Part shown: positions 17,242 to 27,104 of the stretch, piece after piece
Position numbering within the stretch: the stretch's first letter is position 1
How the letters are laid out: each line of letters starts with the position of its first letter
Assembly (NCBI GenBank): GCA_046538755.1
Contig: JBKHIH010000018.1
Span: 1-48,405, forward strand
Origin: Thiohalospira sp.
Lineage (GTDB): Bacteria > Bacteroidota > Bacteroidia > Bacteroidales > UBA12077
Reading direction: 5' to 3'
DNA: 48,405 nt
Notes under the pieces: generated by a model
Told to the model about the DNA's origin: nothing
The model's input: only the letters and a program-made list of their open reading frames with translations
The model's database searches: none
Translations under genes and position numbers: made by a program

Positions 17242-19779
17242 ATGAGACATTTTATCTTAGCTTTCCTGTTAATCATTTCGTATAACATTAACGCACAAAT
17301 TGATTTTAACTATTATTTGGGAAACAATATCCCTGTAAATAATGAAATTCCTGTTCCAGGATCATTGTCGGGACATGCCCTTGGCGAATGGCATTTCTCT
17401 CACAGCCAGGTAGTTCATTACCTGAAAGTTTTATCACAAAAATCGGATAAAGTGAAAATGGTTGAGTATGGCAGAACTCATGAAAACAGGCCTTTGTATC
17501 ATTTCATTATATCTGCGCCCGAAAATATTGCGAACATTGAAGAAATAAGAAAAAATCATTTAAATTATATTTACTCAGAAGATAATAATACCAAATCAGA
17601 TGATCATCCAATCATTATCTTGCTGGGCTATGGTGTACATGGGAACGAATCGAGTGCTACCAATGCATCCTTATTAACGGCTTATTATTTATTAGCATCT
17701 GAAGAAGAACAGGTAGAAGAATATCTGAACAATGCCGTTATTATCATCGATCCTAGTTTAAATCCTGATGGTTTTAACCGGGCAGCCAGCTGGGTAAATA
17801 TGCATCAAAGCAAAAATTGGGTTGACGATCAGTCGAGCATTCAGTTTACTGAGCAATGGCCTGGCGGAAGAACCAATCATTACTGGTTTGACCTGAACAG
17901 GGACTGGTTACTGGTTCAGCACCCTGAATCGCAAGCAAGAGTAAAAGAATTTCATCGATGGAAACCGGTTGTTGTAACCGATCATCATGAGACGGGAAGC
18001 AATGCAACGTTCTTTTTTCAACCCGGTGTTCCATCCAGAAACAACGCGCTTACGCCCGCAGAAAATTATGATTTAACCTATAAAATTGGGCAATATCATA
18101 GTAAAGCATTAGACAATATCGGCACGCTCTATTTTTCCGAAGAGGTGTTTGATGATTTTTATTATGGCAAAGGATCATCCTATCCGGATGTAAATGGTGC
18201 TATTGGAATATTATTCGAGCAATCGTGCGTAAACGGGCAGGTTGTTGATAACACTCATGGTACAACGACCTTTGCTGAAGCTATCCGTAACCAGTTTACT
18301 GTTTCGCTCTCTACAATAAATGCTGCCATTGAAAATAAAGATGAATTAAAAAATTACCAACGTTCATTTTATCAATCAGTAAAACAAATGGCCGGTAAGG
18401 ATAAAATAAAAGGTTATGCTTTTGGTAATATGGAAGATCCCGTAAGGTTGCATTATATGTTGCAAGTTTTAAATAATCATCAAATTGATATCTATCATAA
18501 TCAAAAAAATATATCTATCGGAGATACTCATTTTGATGCTAACCAGGCATATATTGTTCCGTTGAATCAAAATCAATATCGATTAATAAAATCATTGTTC
18601 GAAAAAAATAATACTTATGAAGATAGTATCTTTTATGATATCTCTTCGTGGAATTTTCCTATGACTTTTAATATTAATTACAGAGAATTAGAAAATGTCA
18701 ATTCGTTGATGGGAGAAAAAGTAAATTCATTTGAAATTCCGCAAGGTACAATAAACAGCCAAAGTAGTATCGGATATATTTTTAACTGGAGCAATTACCA
18801 TTCGCCCAAAGCTTTGTACCGGTTAATGGAGAAAAATATCAGGGTTAAAGTAGCTACTAAACCATTACAAATAGAAGAAAACGGAGCAATTAAAAATTTG
18901 GGATACGGAAGCATTTTTGTTCCTGTAACTAAGCAGCCCGTACCTGCAGATGAGCTTTATGCCGTGCTTCAGGAAATAGCAAAGAATGACGGGGTTGATG
19001 TTTATGGACTGGAAACCGGATTCCGGTATTCAGGAATTCATTTTGGAAGTTATAGTTTTAGGCCTCTGAAAAAACCGAACGTTTTATTACTCACCGGAAA
19101 TGGCATAAGAAGTTACGAAGCAGGAGAGATTTGGCATTTACTCGACCACAGAATGGATATGCCTGTTACACGCATTGATATTGGCCGATTGAACCGAATT
19201 GACTTGTTTAAATATAATACCCTGATTATACCATCGGGAAATATCCGTTTTTCAAAATCGGAAAGTAAGAAACTGGATGTTTGGCTTGAAAATGGCGGGA
19301 ATCTTATAACCATAGGAAATGCTATTACTGAAACCGAAAGACAGGAGTGGATAAAACCCAAAATACGAAAATGGGAAAAGCTTGATTCATCCCTTCGGTT
19401 AAGTTATGCATCGGCATCGGATCAGCGTAGAGCCAATTCCATAAGCGGCGTGATACTTAATGCACAAATAGACCCAACCCACCCGATAGCTTATGGATAT
19501 AATCAGAACACATTGCCGGTCTTTAAAAACAGTGGTTTTGTGCTGGAAAAAAGCAATAATCCTTATGCAACACCGGTATTTATTGCCGATGAAGATATAT
19601 TATTAAGTGGATTTTTGAAAGATGAGGCAATGAAACAATTAACCAACTCGGCGTATGTTGTAACTTATCCGGTTGGCAGAGGTAAAATGATAGCTTTTGC
19701 CGATGATCCCAATTTCAGAGGAATCTGGTACGGTACTAATAAGTTGTTTTTAAATGCAATCTTTTTTGGGGGGTTGTAA
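17242..19779 (+). CDS. Secreted M14 zinc carboxypeptidase-family protein with a large C-terminal extension
   Basis: Signal peptide. M14 motifs (GYGVHGNESS, zinc-ligand context HHETGSN..., EQSC). About 500 aa of uncharacterised C-terminal region follow. Confidence 0.7.
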   Translation: MRHFILAFLLIISYNINAQIDFNYYLGNNIPVNNEIPVPGSLSGHALGEWHFSHSQVVHYLKVLSQKSDKVKMVEYGRTHENRPLYHFIISAPENIANIEEIRKNHLNYIYSEDNNTKSDDHPIIILLGYGVHGNESSATNASLLTAYYLLASEEEQVEEYLNNAVIIIDPSLNPDGFNRAASWVNMHQSKNWVDDQSSIQFTEQWPGGRTNHYWFDLNRDWLLVQHPESQARVKEFHRWKPVVVTDHHETGSNATFFFQPGVPSRNNALTPAENYDLTYKIGQYHSKALDNIGTLYFSEEVFDDFYYGKGSSYPDVNGAIGILFEQSCVNGQVVDNTHGTTTFAEAIRNQFTVSLSTINAAIENKDELKNYQRSFYQSVKQMAGKDKIKGYAFGNMEDPVRLHYMLQVLNNHQIDIYHNQKNISIGDTHFDANQAYIVPLNQNQYRLIKSLFEKNNTYEDSIFYDISSWNFPMTFNINYRELENVNSLMGEKVNSFEIPQGTINSQSSIGYIFNWSNYHSPKALYRLMEKNIRVKVATKPLQIEENGAIKNLGYGSIFVPVTKQPVPADELYAVLQEIAKNDGVDVYGLETGFRYSGIHFGSYSFRPLKKPNVLLLTGNGIRSYEAGEIWHLLDHRMDMPVTRIDIGRLNRIDLFKYNTLIIPSGNIRFSKSESKKLDVWLENGGNLITIGNAITETERQEWIKPKIRKWEKLDSSLRLSYASASDQRRANSISGVILNAQIDPTHPIAYGYNQNTLPVFKNSGFVLEKSNNPYATPVFIADEDILLSGFLKDEAMKQLTNSAYVVTYPVGRGKMIAFADDPNFRGIWYGTNKLFLNAIFFGGL

Positions 19780-20011
19780 GAAGAGCAACCATTAAATTTC
19801 AGAAATAATAATGTGGAAAAACTACATCGTTCGTTTATACCTAAATATTTATATGTTTTTAAATGTAAAGTATTAAAAGTTGTGCTAAGTGTACAAAAAA
19901 TGCAGTAAAACCAGCCTTTTGTAATAAAAAAAAATCACTATTTGAACTTTTTGGCTTGAATCTTGTGCTATTTATAATGAGTTAATGAATTAAAAAAAGA
20001 AAGGATACATT

Positions 20012-20206
20012 ATGGCAATTACAAAAGTATGGATTGAAGAAGGTTGTACATCATGTGGATTATGTGAAAGTATATGCCCGGAAGTATTTGAAATGCCCGA
20101 TGAGGCAATTGTAAAAGAAGATGCAGATTTTGCTGCAAACGAAGAAGAAATTAAGGAAGCAGCAGAGAGTTGTCCGGTTGAGGTTATTAAATACGAAGAA
20201 TCTTAA
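20012..20206 (+). CDS. Single-cluster [4Fe-4S]/[3Fe-4S] ferredoxin
   Basis: CxxCxxCxxxCP motif (CTSCGLCESICP) plus a distal CP (SCPVEV). Length 64 aa. Confidence 0.8.
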   Translation: MAITKVWIEEGCTSCGLCESICPEVFEMPDEAIVKEDADFAANEEEIKEAAESCPVEVIKYEES

Positions 20207-20337
20207 AAATTATTAATGATTAACATTACTGTCCGGTAAATGGTTTAATGTCGTATCTACGGCACTTTATCAATTCATTTATAGTATTTTGTACAGCCTT
20301 TCATATTGTTAATTTAAGGATAGTGTTTGAAGAATAT

Positions 20338-20371
20338 AAAAAAGTTTCGTGTATATACGAAACTTTTTTAT
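20338..20371 (+). terminator. Rho-independent terminator after the ferredoxin gene
   Basis: Hairpin AAAAGTTTCG-tgtatata-CGAAACTTTT followed by a T-run. Confidence 0.6.
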
Positions 20372-20407
20372 ATTTGCAAGGTAGTTTCATTTATAAAATA
20401 AATACAG

Positions 20408-21625
20408 ATGAAATATAAACATGAGTATATAAGCCGGTCAAAGTATATCGGAAAAATAAATCCATATATTAATAAGGATATTATTAAAGTGCTTATCGGT
20501 CAAAGGCGTGTTGGGAAAAGTTATATGCTTTTTCAAATCATGGATGAAATTACTAAACAGGATAAAAAAGCGAATATCATTTATATAAGTAAAGAGTTAG
20601 ATGAATTTGATCACATTAAAGACTATAAAGATTTAATTCAGGAAGTAAACCAAAAAAAGACAAATAAAGACAAACAATATATTTTTATTGATGAGTTGCA
20701 GGATATCGAAAATTTTGAAAAAGCACTTCGCAGCTTACAGGCAAAAAAGGAATTTGATATTTATTGCACAGGAAGTAATGCTAAGTTATTATCTGGAGAA
20801 TTAGCAACATATTTAAGTGGCAGATATGTTGAGATTAAAATATACAGCTTAACGTTTAATGAATTCCTTGAATTTCATACGCTGGAAAACGATAATACTT
20901 CTTTAATCAAATACCTGAAATATGGGGGGTTACCTTACTTAATAAACCTTAAGTTACAAGATCATATTATTTATGATTACCTGAAAAATATTTATGCTGC
21001 CATTTTATTTAAAGATGTTGTTAAACGTTTTAATGTCAGGAACATTTATTTCCTTGAAAACCTTGTTAAGTACATAGCAGATAATACAGGTTCATTGGTA
21101 TCATCCAAGAAGATTAGTGATTTTTTAAAATCTCAAAAAATTCAAATTTCTCCACAATTGGTTATTGATTATCTGAAATATCTGGAATCAGCATTTTTCA
21201 TCTTTAAAACAACAAGAGCTGATATTGCAGGGAAAAAGATCTTTGAAATTGGCGAAAAATATTATTTTGAAGATTTAGGGTTGCGACATTCAATTATTGG
21301 ATATAAGGCAAATGATATTGGAAAAATTATGGAAAATGTTGTATATCAGCATCTGAAAACTCATGGCTATGATATTTATGTTGGCAAATTAGGCGAAAAA
21401 GAAATAGACTTTGTTTGCGAAAAAGAAGGTAAAAAAGTATATGTGCAGGTAACTTATCTGTTGCAGGATGATAAAACAATAAACAGGGAATTTGGTAATT
21501 TATTGGAAATAAAAGATAATTATCCTAAATATGTTGTTTCAATGGACGAAGTAATATCTGGTACTGATTATAAGGGAATTGAGCAAATTCATCTAAGAGA
21601 TTTTCTTTTAAGAGATACATTTTAA
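20408..21625 (+). CDS. AAA+ ATPase of the COG1373 / DUF4143 family
   Basis: Walker A (GQRRVGKS), Walker B (IFIDE), and a C-terminal DUF4143-like region. Confidence 0.7.
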   Translation: MKYKHEYISRSKYIGKINPYINKDIIKVLIGQRRVGKSYMLFQIMDEITKQDKKANIIYISKELDEFDHIKDYKDLIQEVNQKKTNKDKQYIFIDELQDIENFEKALRSLQAKKEFDIYCTGSNAKLLSGELATYLSGRYVEIKIYSLTFNEFLEFHTLENDNTSLIKYLKYGGLPYLINLKLQDHIIYDYLKNIYAAILFKDVVKRFNVRNIYFLENLVKYIADNTGSLVSSKKISDFLKSQKIQISPQLVIDYLKYLESAFFIFKTTRADIAGKKIFEIGEKYYFEDLGLRHSIIGYKANDIGKIMENVVYQHLKTHGYDIYVGKLGEKEIDFVCEKEGKKVYVQVTYLLQDDKTINREFGNLLEIKDNYPKYVVSMDEVISGTDYKGIEQIHLRDFLLRDTF

Positions 21626-21932
21626 GTAGCAAAGTATCACATGTTCCATTACGGATACAAATGAAAGGAAAGTCTTTCTTCAAGCCGCACGTGTGTGATT
21701 TTTTTAGGATTCATAGGGACGTAAAGTATGCGCTAACTGTACAAAGAAAAAAAGTGAAACCATTCCCGGTAAAGTTTAACTTAATGTCTGTTCAAATATA
21801 GTAAATCCAGGTAGTACTTATAAGAACTATGAAGTTTGTTTTAAAGAAGCTGCGTTTTTGTTTCCGGCTAATATTTTTTACCTTTCGGATTAATAATTAC
21901 AATTTAATGACTAAATAAAGAATTTAACTTTT

Positions 21933-24299
21933 ATGCGTAAAAAAGCATATGAAAATACCCTGGAAGATATTTTTATTGTTGATTCTGATAATATCTACGA
22001 AAATGAGATTATTCAACAATGTTTTGATGTAGTTGGTGCTTTTATGGTAGCTGTTAATTTAAAAGGTAACGTAACATTTGCTAATAAAACTGCAGCCGAG
22101 ATGTTAGGGTGCGATAAAAAAGAAATTGCAGGATTAAATTTTATAAAAAACTTTGTTGTTGAACAAAAACAAAACCAAATTAAAAAAATTTTTGAGTCGG
22201 TTTTAGAAGGAAAAACATTTAATAAAAAATATACGAGGTATTATATACAGGGAAAAAAGAAACGGCAGAAAATTATAGAATCTAAAAATGTAACGATACA
22301 AGATAAAAACAACCAAATTTTGGGTATATTAATTTCGGGCAGGGATGTTACCGATTATGTATTAAAACAAAAAAACTTACAAACCGACCTCAGTTTATAC
22401 AGGTTGCTTGCAAATAATATTCCGGATATTAATCTTTTTATTTTTGATAAAAATCTGAAATTTATTCTGGCTGAAGGAAATGAAATGAAAAATAACGATT
22501 TGAATGGTGATTATTTTGAGGAAAATATCCTTTATGAATTACCGGACAAAGAACTTCGTAAAATATGGACCCCGCTTTTTGAATCTGCACTGAAAGGCAT
22601 AGAATCATCGAAAGAATACAAATACAATAATTATCATTATTATATTTGGGTACTTCCGGTTTATACCCGAAGAAAAAAAATATTTAGAGGAGTTGCAATA
22701 ACACAAAACATTACAGAAGATAAACAAATAGAACGCAAACTGAAGAAATCGAAAGAAGAGGCAGAAAGAGCAAATCGCTCCAAAACAGATTTTTTAGCAC
22801 GAGTTAGCCATGAGATTAGAACACCTTTAAATGCTATTTTAGGCTTTGCCGAACAATTAAAGCAGTCTGAATTAAATGACCAACAAAATGATTATGTTAA
22901 TATTATAGAAAAATCATCGGAACACCTGCTATCTTTAATTAATGATATTCTGGTTTTATCTAAAATAGAAGCAAGACAAATACGATTTGATAAATCTCCT
23001 TTTAAGTTAAGATATACTATTAAATATCTCTATAACACCATGTTGGTTAAAGCCAACGAAAAAAATATCTGGTTTACCTACGATGTGGATGAAAAGTTAG
23101 ATCAGGTTCTTATTGGGGATCAGTTTCGTTTAAAACAAATTTTACTTAATCTGTTGGGAAATGCCATTAAATTTACAAATACGGGTTCGGTTGAATTAAA
23201 ATGTGTATTGGATGAAGAAACACATGATACAGTGAAAGTTAGATTTGATGTGATTGATACAGGAATAGGTATTAAATCTGAGAATTTAAAAAGTATTTTC
23301 GATAGATTTAAACAAGCCAATTCAACTATAACAAGAACATATGGAGGAACCGGTTTAGGGCTTGCTATTTGCAAAAACTTAATAGAATTACAGGCAGGTA
23401 GTTTATCCGTATCAAGTAAAGTTGGAGTAGGAACAACATTTACTTTTGTTATTCCTTATAAAAAAGGTAAACCTGATGATTTTATACCGGATGATATTAA
23501 AACAATTGATTCAAAGAATTTAAAAGATACAAAAGTTCTGTTGGTTGATGATGACAAATTCAGTCGTTTACTGGCAAAAACCCATTTAGATAAATTCGAA
23601 TGTAATACAACATTAGCTGCCAAGGGGTCAGATGCAATATCCTATTTAAAAAATCAAAATTTCGATATTGTATTACTCGATATACATATGGCTGAAACTA
23701 GTGGAGTTGATGTTGCTAAATTTATCAGGAAACAAAAAAAAGATAAAAACACAAAAATTATGGCTGTTACAGCTGCCGTATTAAAAGATGATATTCAGAA
23801 ATATTTTTCTGTTGGAATGGACGATTTCTTAATTAAACCTTTTAAAGAGAATGAATTATATAATAAAATGTGTGAATTACTCAGGATTAATAAAGGTAAG
23901 GATGTTAAAGAAAACAAGCAGCATATTGTAGAAGAAATTACCCAGGCTAAAAAATATGATTTATCAGATCTTGTAAAAATGGCCAATGGGGAAAAAGCGT
24001 TTATTAATAGTATGCTTAGTATTTTTATCGACAACACGGAAAGTACCATTCATTTATTTAAGAAATATCTGAAAGATGAAAATTGGGAGGAAATAGGAGA
24101 AACTGCTCATAAGATTTTACCATCATACAATCATCTTAAAATAAATGATGTTGTGCATAAATTAAACGAAATAAAAGAGCTTACACTTATTAATCCAAAT
24201 TATAAAGAGGTTCCTGAGCTTACTCAGAGTACGATTCATTTAATGGAAAAAATATTGGAAGATTTAAGAGAAGAGATGAATCAACTAACGGTTAATTAA
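21933..24299 (+). CDS. Cytoplasmic PAS-containing hybrid sensor histidine kinase (PAS-PAS-HisKA-HATPase-REC-HPt)
   Basis: H-box (VSHEIRTPLNAI), N/G boxes (LLGNAIKFT, DTGIGI, GGTGLGLAI), receiver-domain segment (VLLVDDD...LLDIHM) and a C-terminal HPt-like region (HKILPSYNHL). Confidence 0.8.
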   Translation: MRKKAYENTLEDIFIVDSDNIYENEIIQQCFDVVGAFMVAVNLKGNVTFANKTAAEMLGCDKKEIAGLNFIKNFVVEQKQNQIKKIFESVLEGKTFNKKYTRYYIQGKKKRQKIIESKNVTIQDKNNQILGILISGRDVTDYVLKQKNLQTDLSLYRLLANNIPDINLFIFDKNLKFILAEGNEMKNNDLNGDYFEENILYELPDKELRKIWTPLFESALKGIESSKEYKYNNYHYYIWVLPVYTRRKKIFRGVAITQNITEDKQIERKLKKSKEEAERANRSKTDFLARVSHEIRTPLNAILGFAEQLKQSELNDQQNDYVNIIEKSSEHLLSLINDILVLSKIEARQIRFDKSPFKLRYTIKYLYNTMLVKANEKNIWFTYDVDEKLDQVLIGDQFRLKQILLNLLGNAIKFTNTGSVELKCVLDEETHDTVKVRFDVIDTGIGIKSENLKSIFDRFKQANSTITRTYGGTGLGLAICKNLIELQAGSLSVSSKVGVGTTFTFVIPYKKGKPDDFIPDDIKTIDSKNLKDTKVLLVDDDKFSRLLAKTHLDKFECNTTLAAKGSDAISYLKNQNFDIVLLDIHMAETSGVDVAKFIRKQKKDKNTKIMAVTAAVLKDDIQKYFSVGMDDFLIKPFKENELYNKMCELLRINKGKDVKENKQHIVEEITQAKKYDLSDLVKMANGEKAFINSMLSIFIDNTESTIHLFKKYLKDENWEEIGETAHKILPSYNHLKINDVVHKLNEIKELTLINPNYKEVPELTQSTIHLMEKILEDLREEMNQLTVN

Positions 24300-24421
24300 T
24301 TCGGAATTATTTTGTATATTTGAAATATATTAACGATTTAATTGCTGCTTTTATCTTCGGTTTGTATTATTAAAACAAGTAAAGTACATTCAAAATCTCA
24401 AACTTTTAAAAAAAGGTTAAG

Positions 24422-25774
24422 ATGAATAAAATCCTGGTCATTGATGACGACTCATATATATGCAACTTACTGGTTAATTACCTTGAAAAGAACGGGTATC
24501 AGGCGCAATATTCGCTTTCTGGAAAGAAGGGAATACAATTGATTGAAAAAAATGAGTTCGATTTGGTATTATCCGATTTTCGATTACCGGATTGCGATGG
24601 CATGGATGTTTTAAAAAAAATAAAAGAATTAAAACCTTATCTCCCTGTTATTATCATGACAGCCTATGCCGATGTTCGTATGGCTGTAAAGTTAATAAAG
24701 TCAGGAGCATTCGATTATGTAACAAAACCTATCCAGCCGGAAGAAATTTTGACATTAATCAATAAGGCTACAAAAAAACATAATAATAAAGAAAAAAGTT
24801 ATTCACCCGGGAAGGATTTTATCATTGGAAAAAGCAAAGAAATACAGGAAGTTATGCAACACGTTAAGGTGGTAGCACCAACAGATATAACTGTTCTTAT
24901 CGAAGGTGAAACAGGTGCAGGGAAAGAGTACATTGCCAGAGCAATTCATTATTCAAGTAAACGTAAAAAGAAACCTTTTATAGCAGTCGATTGTGGCGCC
25001 ATTCCAAAAGAATTGGCTAACAGCGAACTGTTTGGGCATGTCAAAGGAGCTTTTACCGGAGCTATTAACGATAAAATTGGATTTTTTGAACAGGCCAAAG
25101 GAGGTACACTTTTTCTGGATGAGATAGGAAATTTACCCTATGAAAACCAGATAAAGCTTTTAAGAGCATTACAGGAAAAGGTAATTAGCAGAGTAGGAGA
25201 TAACAAAGATATAAAAGTAGATGTAAGGCTTATTGCAGCAACTAATGTTGATTTAATTAAACAGCTGGAAAATAATGAGTTTAGGGAAGATTTATACCAT
25301 CGTATCAATGGTTTTAAAATTAAAATTCCTGCACTGAGAGATAGAGGAGAGGATATCCTTGAATTTGTTGATTTTTTTATAAAAAAAGCCAATGAATCAT
25401 TTCAGAAAAATGTACTAGCAATAGATGATGAAGTTAAAAATTTATTTTTAAAATATGATTGGCCTGGGAACATCAGGGAACTGCAAAATATCATAAACCG
25501 TGCTGTATTATTAACGAGCGGCCAGCTAATCAAACCCGAAGTATTACCGCAGGAAATTGCTCAATTATCTGGTAAACAAGAAACAAGTATTCCGGAAAAA
25601 GCCGGTAATATGAATGATTTAAAAGAAGCAACCGAAATAACAGAAAAAGAAATTATTGCTAATGTGTTAATAAAAACCAATTATAACAAATCAAAAGCAG
25701 CAAAAGTGCTTAATATTGACCGAAAAACACTCTACAATAAAATAAAGCAATACGAAATAGAGATACTGAAATAA
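24422..25774 (+). CDS. Sigma-54-dependent response regulator (NtrC family)
   Basis: Receiver domain (VIDDD...DFRLPD). AAA+ sigma54-interaction domain (GETGAGKE, GAFTGA, ELFGH). C-terminal Fis-type HTH. Confidence 0.85.
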   Translation: MNKILVIDDDSYICNLLVNYLEKNGYQAQYSLSGKKGIQLIEKNEFDLVLSDFRLPDCDGMDVLKKIKELKPYLPVIIMTAYADVRMAVKLIKSGAFDYVTKPIQPEEILTLINKATKKHNNKEKSYSPGKDFIIGKSKEIQEVMQHVKVVAPTDITVLIEGETGAGKEYIARAIHYSSKRKKKPFIAVDCGAIPKELANSELFGHVKGAFTGAINDKIGFFEQAKGGTLFLDEIGNLPYENQIKLLRALQEKVISRVGDNKDIKVDVRLIAATNVDLIKQLENNEFREDLYHRINGFKIKIPALRDRGEDILEFVDFFIKKANESFQKNVLAIDDEVKNLFLKYDWPGNIRELQNIINRAVLLTSGQLIKPEVLPQEIAQLSGKQETSIPEKAGNMNDLKEATEITEKEIIANVLIKTNYNKSKAAKVLNIDRKTLYNKIKQYEIEILK

Positions 25775-26136
25775 CTTACCCTTTTTATTACTCAAATTTT
25801 TATTTTCCCTTGTGGAATCCTATCTCAATTGTGGATTTATTCTACACTTTTTATGGTATCCGTTTATTAGTAAATTGGTTACATCTCTGTTATGTAAGCC
25901 GTTGATGATGTGTCAATAAAATTGGCATGGATTTTCAATAAACTATAATAAAAAAGGAAACAAAATTTAAAAAAAATTGAGTAATTATAATAAATCTTTA
26001 GAATTATATAAAACAGGCAAATTAGCTTTTTTTACTGGCAAGTGATGAAAGTAAATTTATCACAGGATCTGTAATTACAATAAGTGTAGGAATAAGCGTG
26101 TAAAAATTAAATTATAAACATTAAAAACAAATTATT

Positions 26137-26739
26137 ATGGCTTTTAAATTACCAGAATTAGGATTTGACTACGATGCATTCGAACCACACATTGATGCCC
26201 AAACAATGGAAATACACCATACAAAGCATCATGCTACTTATTTAAAAAAGTTCAATGCAGCGGTAGAAGGAACTGAACTTGAAGAAATGAGCCCTTCTGA
26301 AATTTTTGCCAATGTTTCAAAATATGATGATTCGGTACGTAATAATGGAGGGGGATTTTTTAACCATGCTCTTTTTTGGACGTTCTTAACGCCAAACGCT
26401 CACGAAAATTTAGATAAAGATTTGGAAGATGCTATTGTTAAGTATTTTGGAACCTTAGAAAATTTAAAAGAAGAATTCTCTGAAGCTGCAAAAACCCAGT
26501 TTGGATCAGGTTGGGCATGGTTGGTTAAAAAAGATAATGGAGAATTAGTGGTTACATCTTCTCCAAATCAGGATAACCCGTTAATGGATATTGCACCGAT
26601 TAAAGGTACACCCATTTTATGTCTCGATGTATGGGAACATGCTTATTATTTAAAATATCAAAATAAGCGCCCGGAATATATTAAAGCATTCTGGAATGTG
26701 GTGAACTGGGATAAAGTAGCAGAATTATATCATAAATAA
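26137..26739 (+). CDS. sodA: Fe/Mn superoxide dismutase
   Basis: Canonical Fe/Mn-SOD motifs ([31 protein letters not shown]). Confidence 0.9.
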   Translation: MAFKLPELGFDYDAFEPHIDAQTMEIHHTKHHATYLKKFNAAVEGTELEEMSPSEIFANVSKYDDSVRNNGGGFFNHALFWTFLTPNAHENLDKDLEDAIVKYFGTLENLKEEFSEAAKTQFGSGWAWLVKKDNGELVVTSSPNQDNPLMDIAPIKGTPILCLDVWEHAYYLKYQNKRPEYIKAFWNVVNWDKVAELYHK

Positions 26740-26753
26740 AAAAAAATTGTAAA

Positions 26754-27044
26754 ATGAAAGATTATCACGAACAACCCAATGAATTAAGCACAGAAACACG
26801 TGATTTTGTAAGAGCATTGAATTCTTTAAAAGAAGAAATTGAAGCGATAGATTGGTACCAACAGCGTATGGATGTTGCTTCCGATCAGCAATTAAAAAAA
26901 ATATTAAAGCATAATCGCAACGAAGAAATGGAACATGCTTGTATGGCATTGGAATGGTTGAGAAGAAATATGGAAGGTTGGGATGAAATGCTTAAAACAT
27001 ATTTATTTACTGAAAAAGAAATTACAAAAATTGAAGAAAAGTAA
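26754..27044 (+). CDS. Ferritin-like encapsulin cargo protein (EncFtn/Flp family)
   Basis: About 96 aa and helical, with an ExxH di-iron motif (NEEMEHACMALEW). It lies immediately (60 bp) upstream of a family-1 encapsulin shell gene and 15 bp after sod. Confidence 0.6.
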   Translation: MKDYHEQPNELSTETRDFVRALNSLKEEIEAIDWYQQRMDVASDQQLKKILKHNRNEEMEHACMALEWLRRNMEGWDEMLKTYLFTEKEITKIEEK

Positions 27045-27104
27045 TTTCGGAAAGTATTACTAAAAACTAATGTATTAGGATTTGAATCATAAAATAATAT
27101 AGAA

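Noticed and set aside
25905-25935. Possible sigma54 -24/-12 promoter (TGGCAT-N-…TTCA) upstream of sod
   Set aside because: The -12 GC dinucleotide is absent, and the spacing fits only approximately. It is not convincing without a PWM scan or TSS data.
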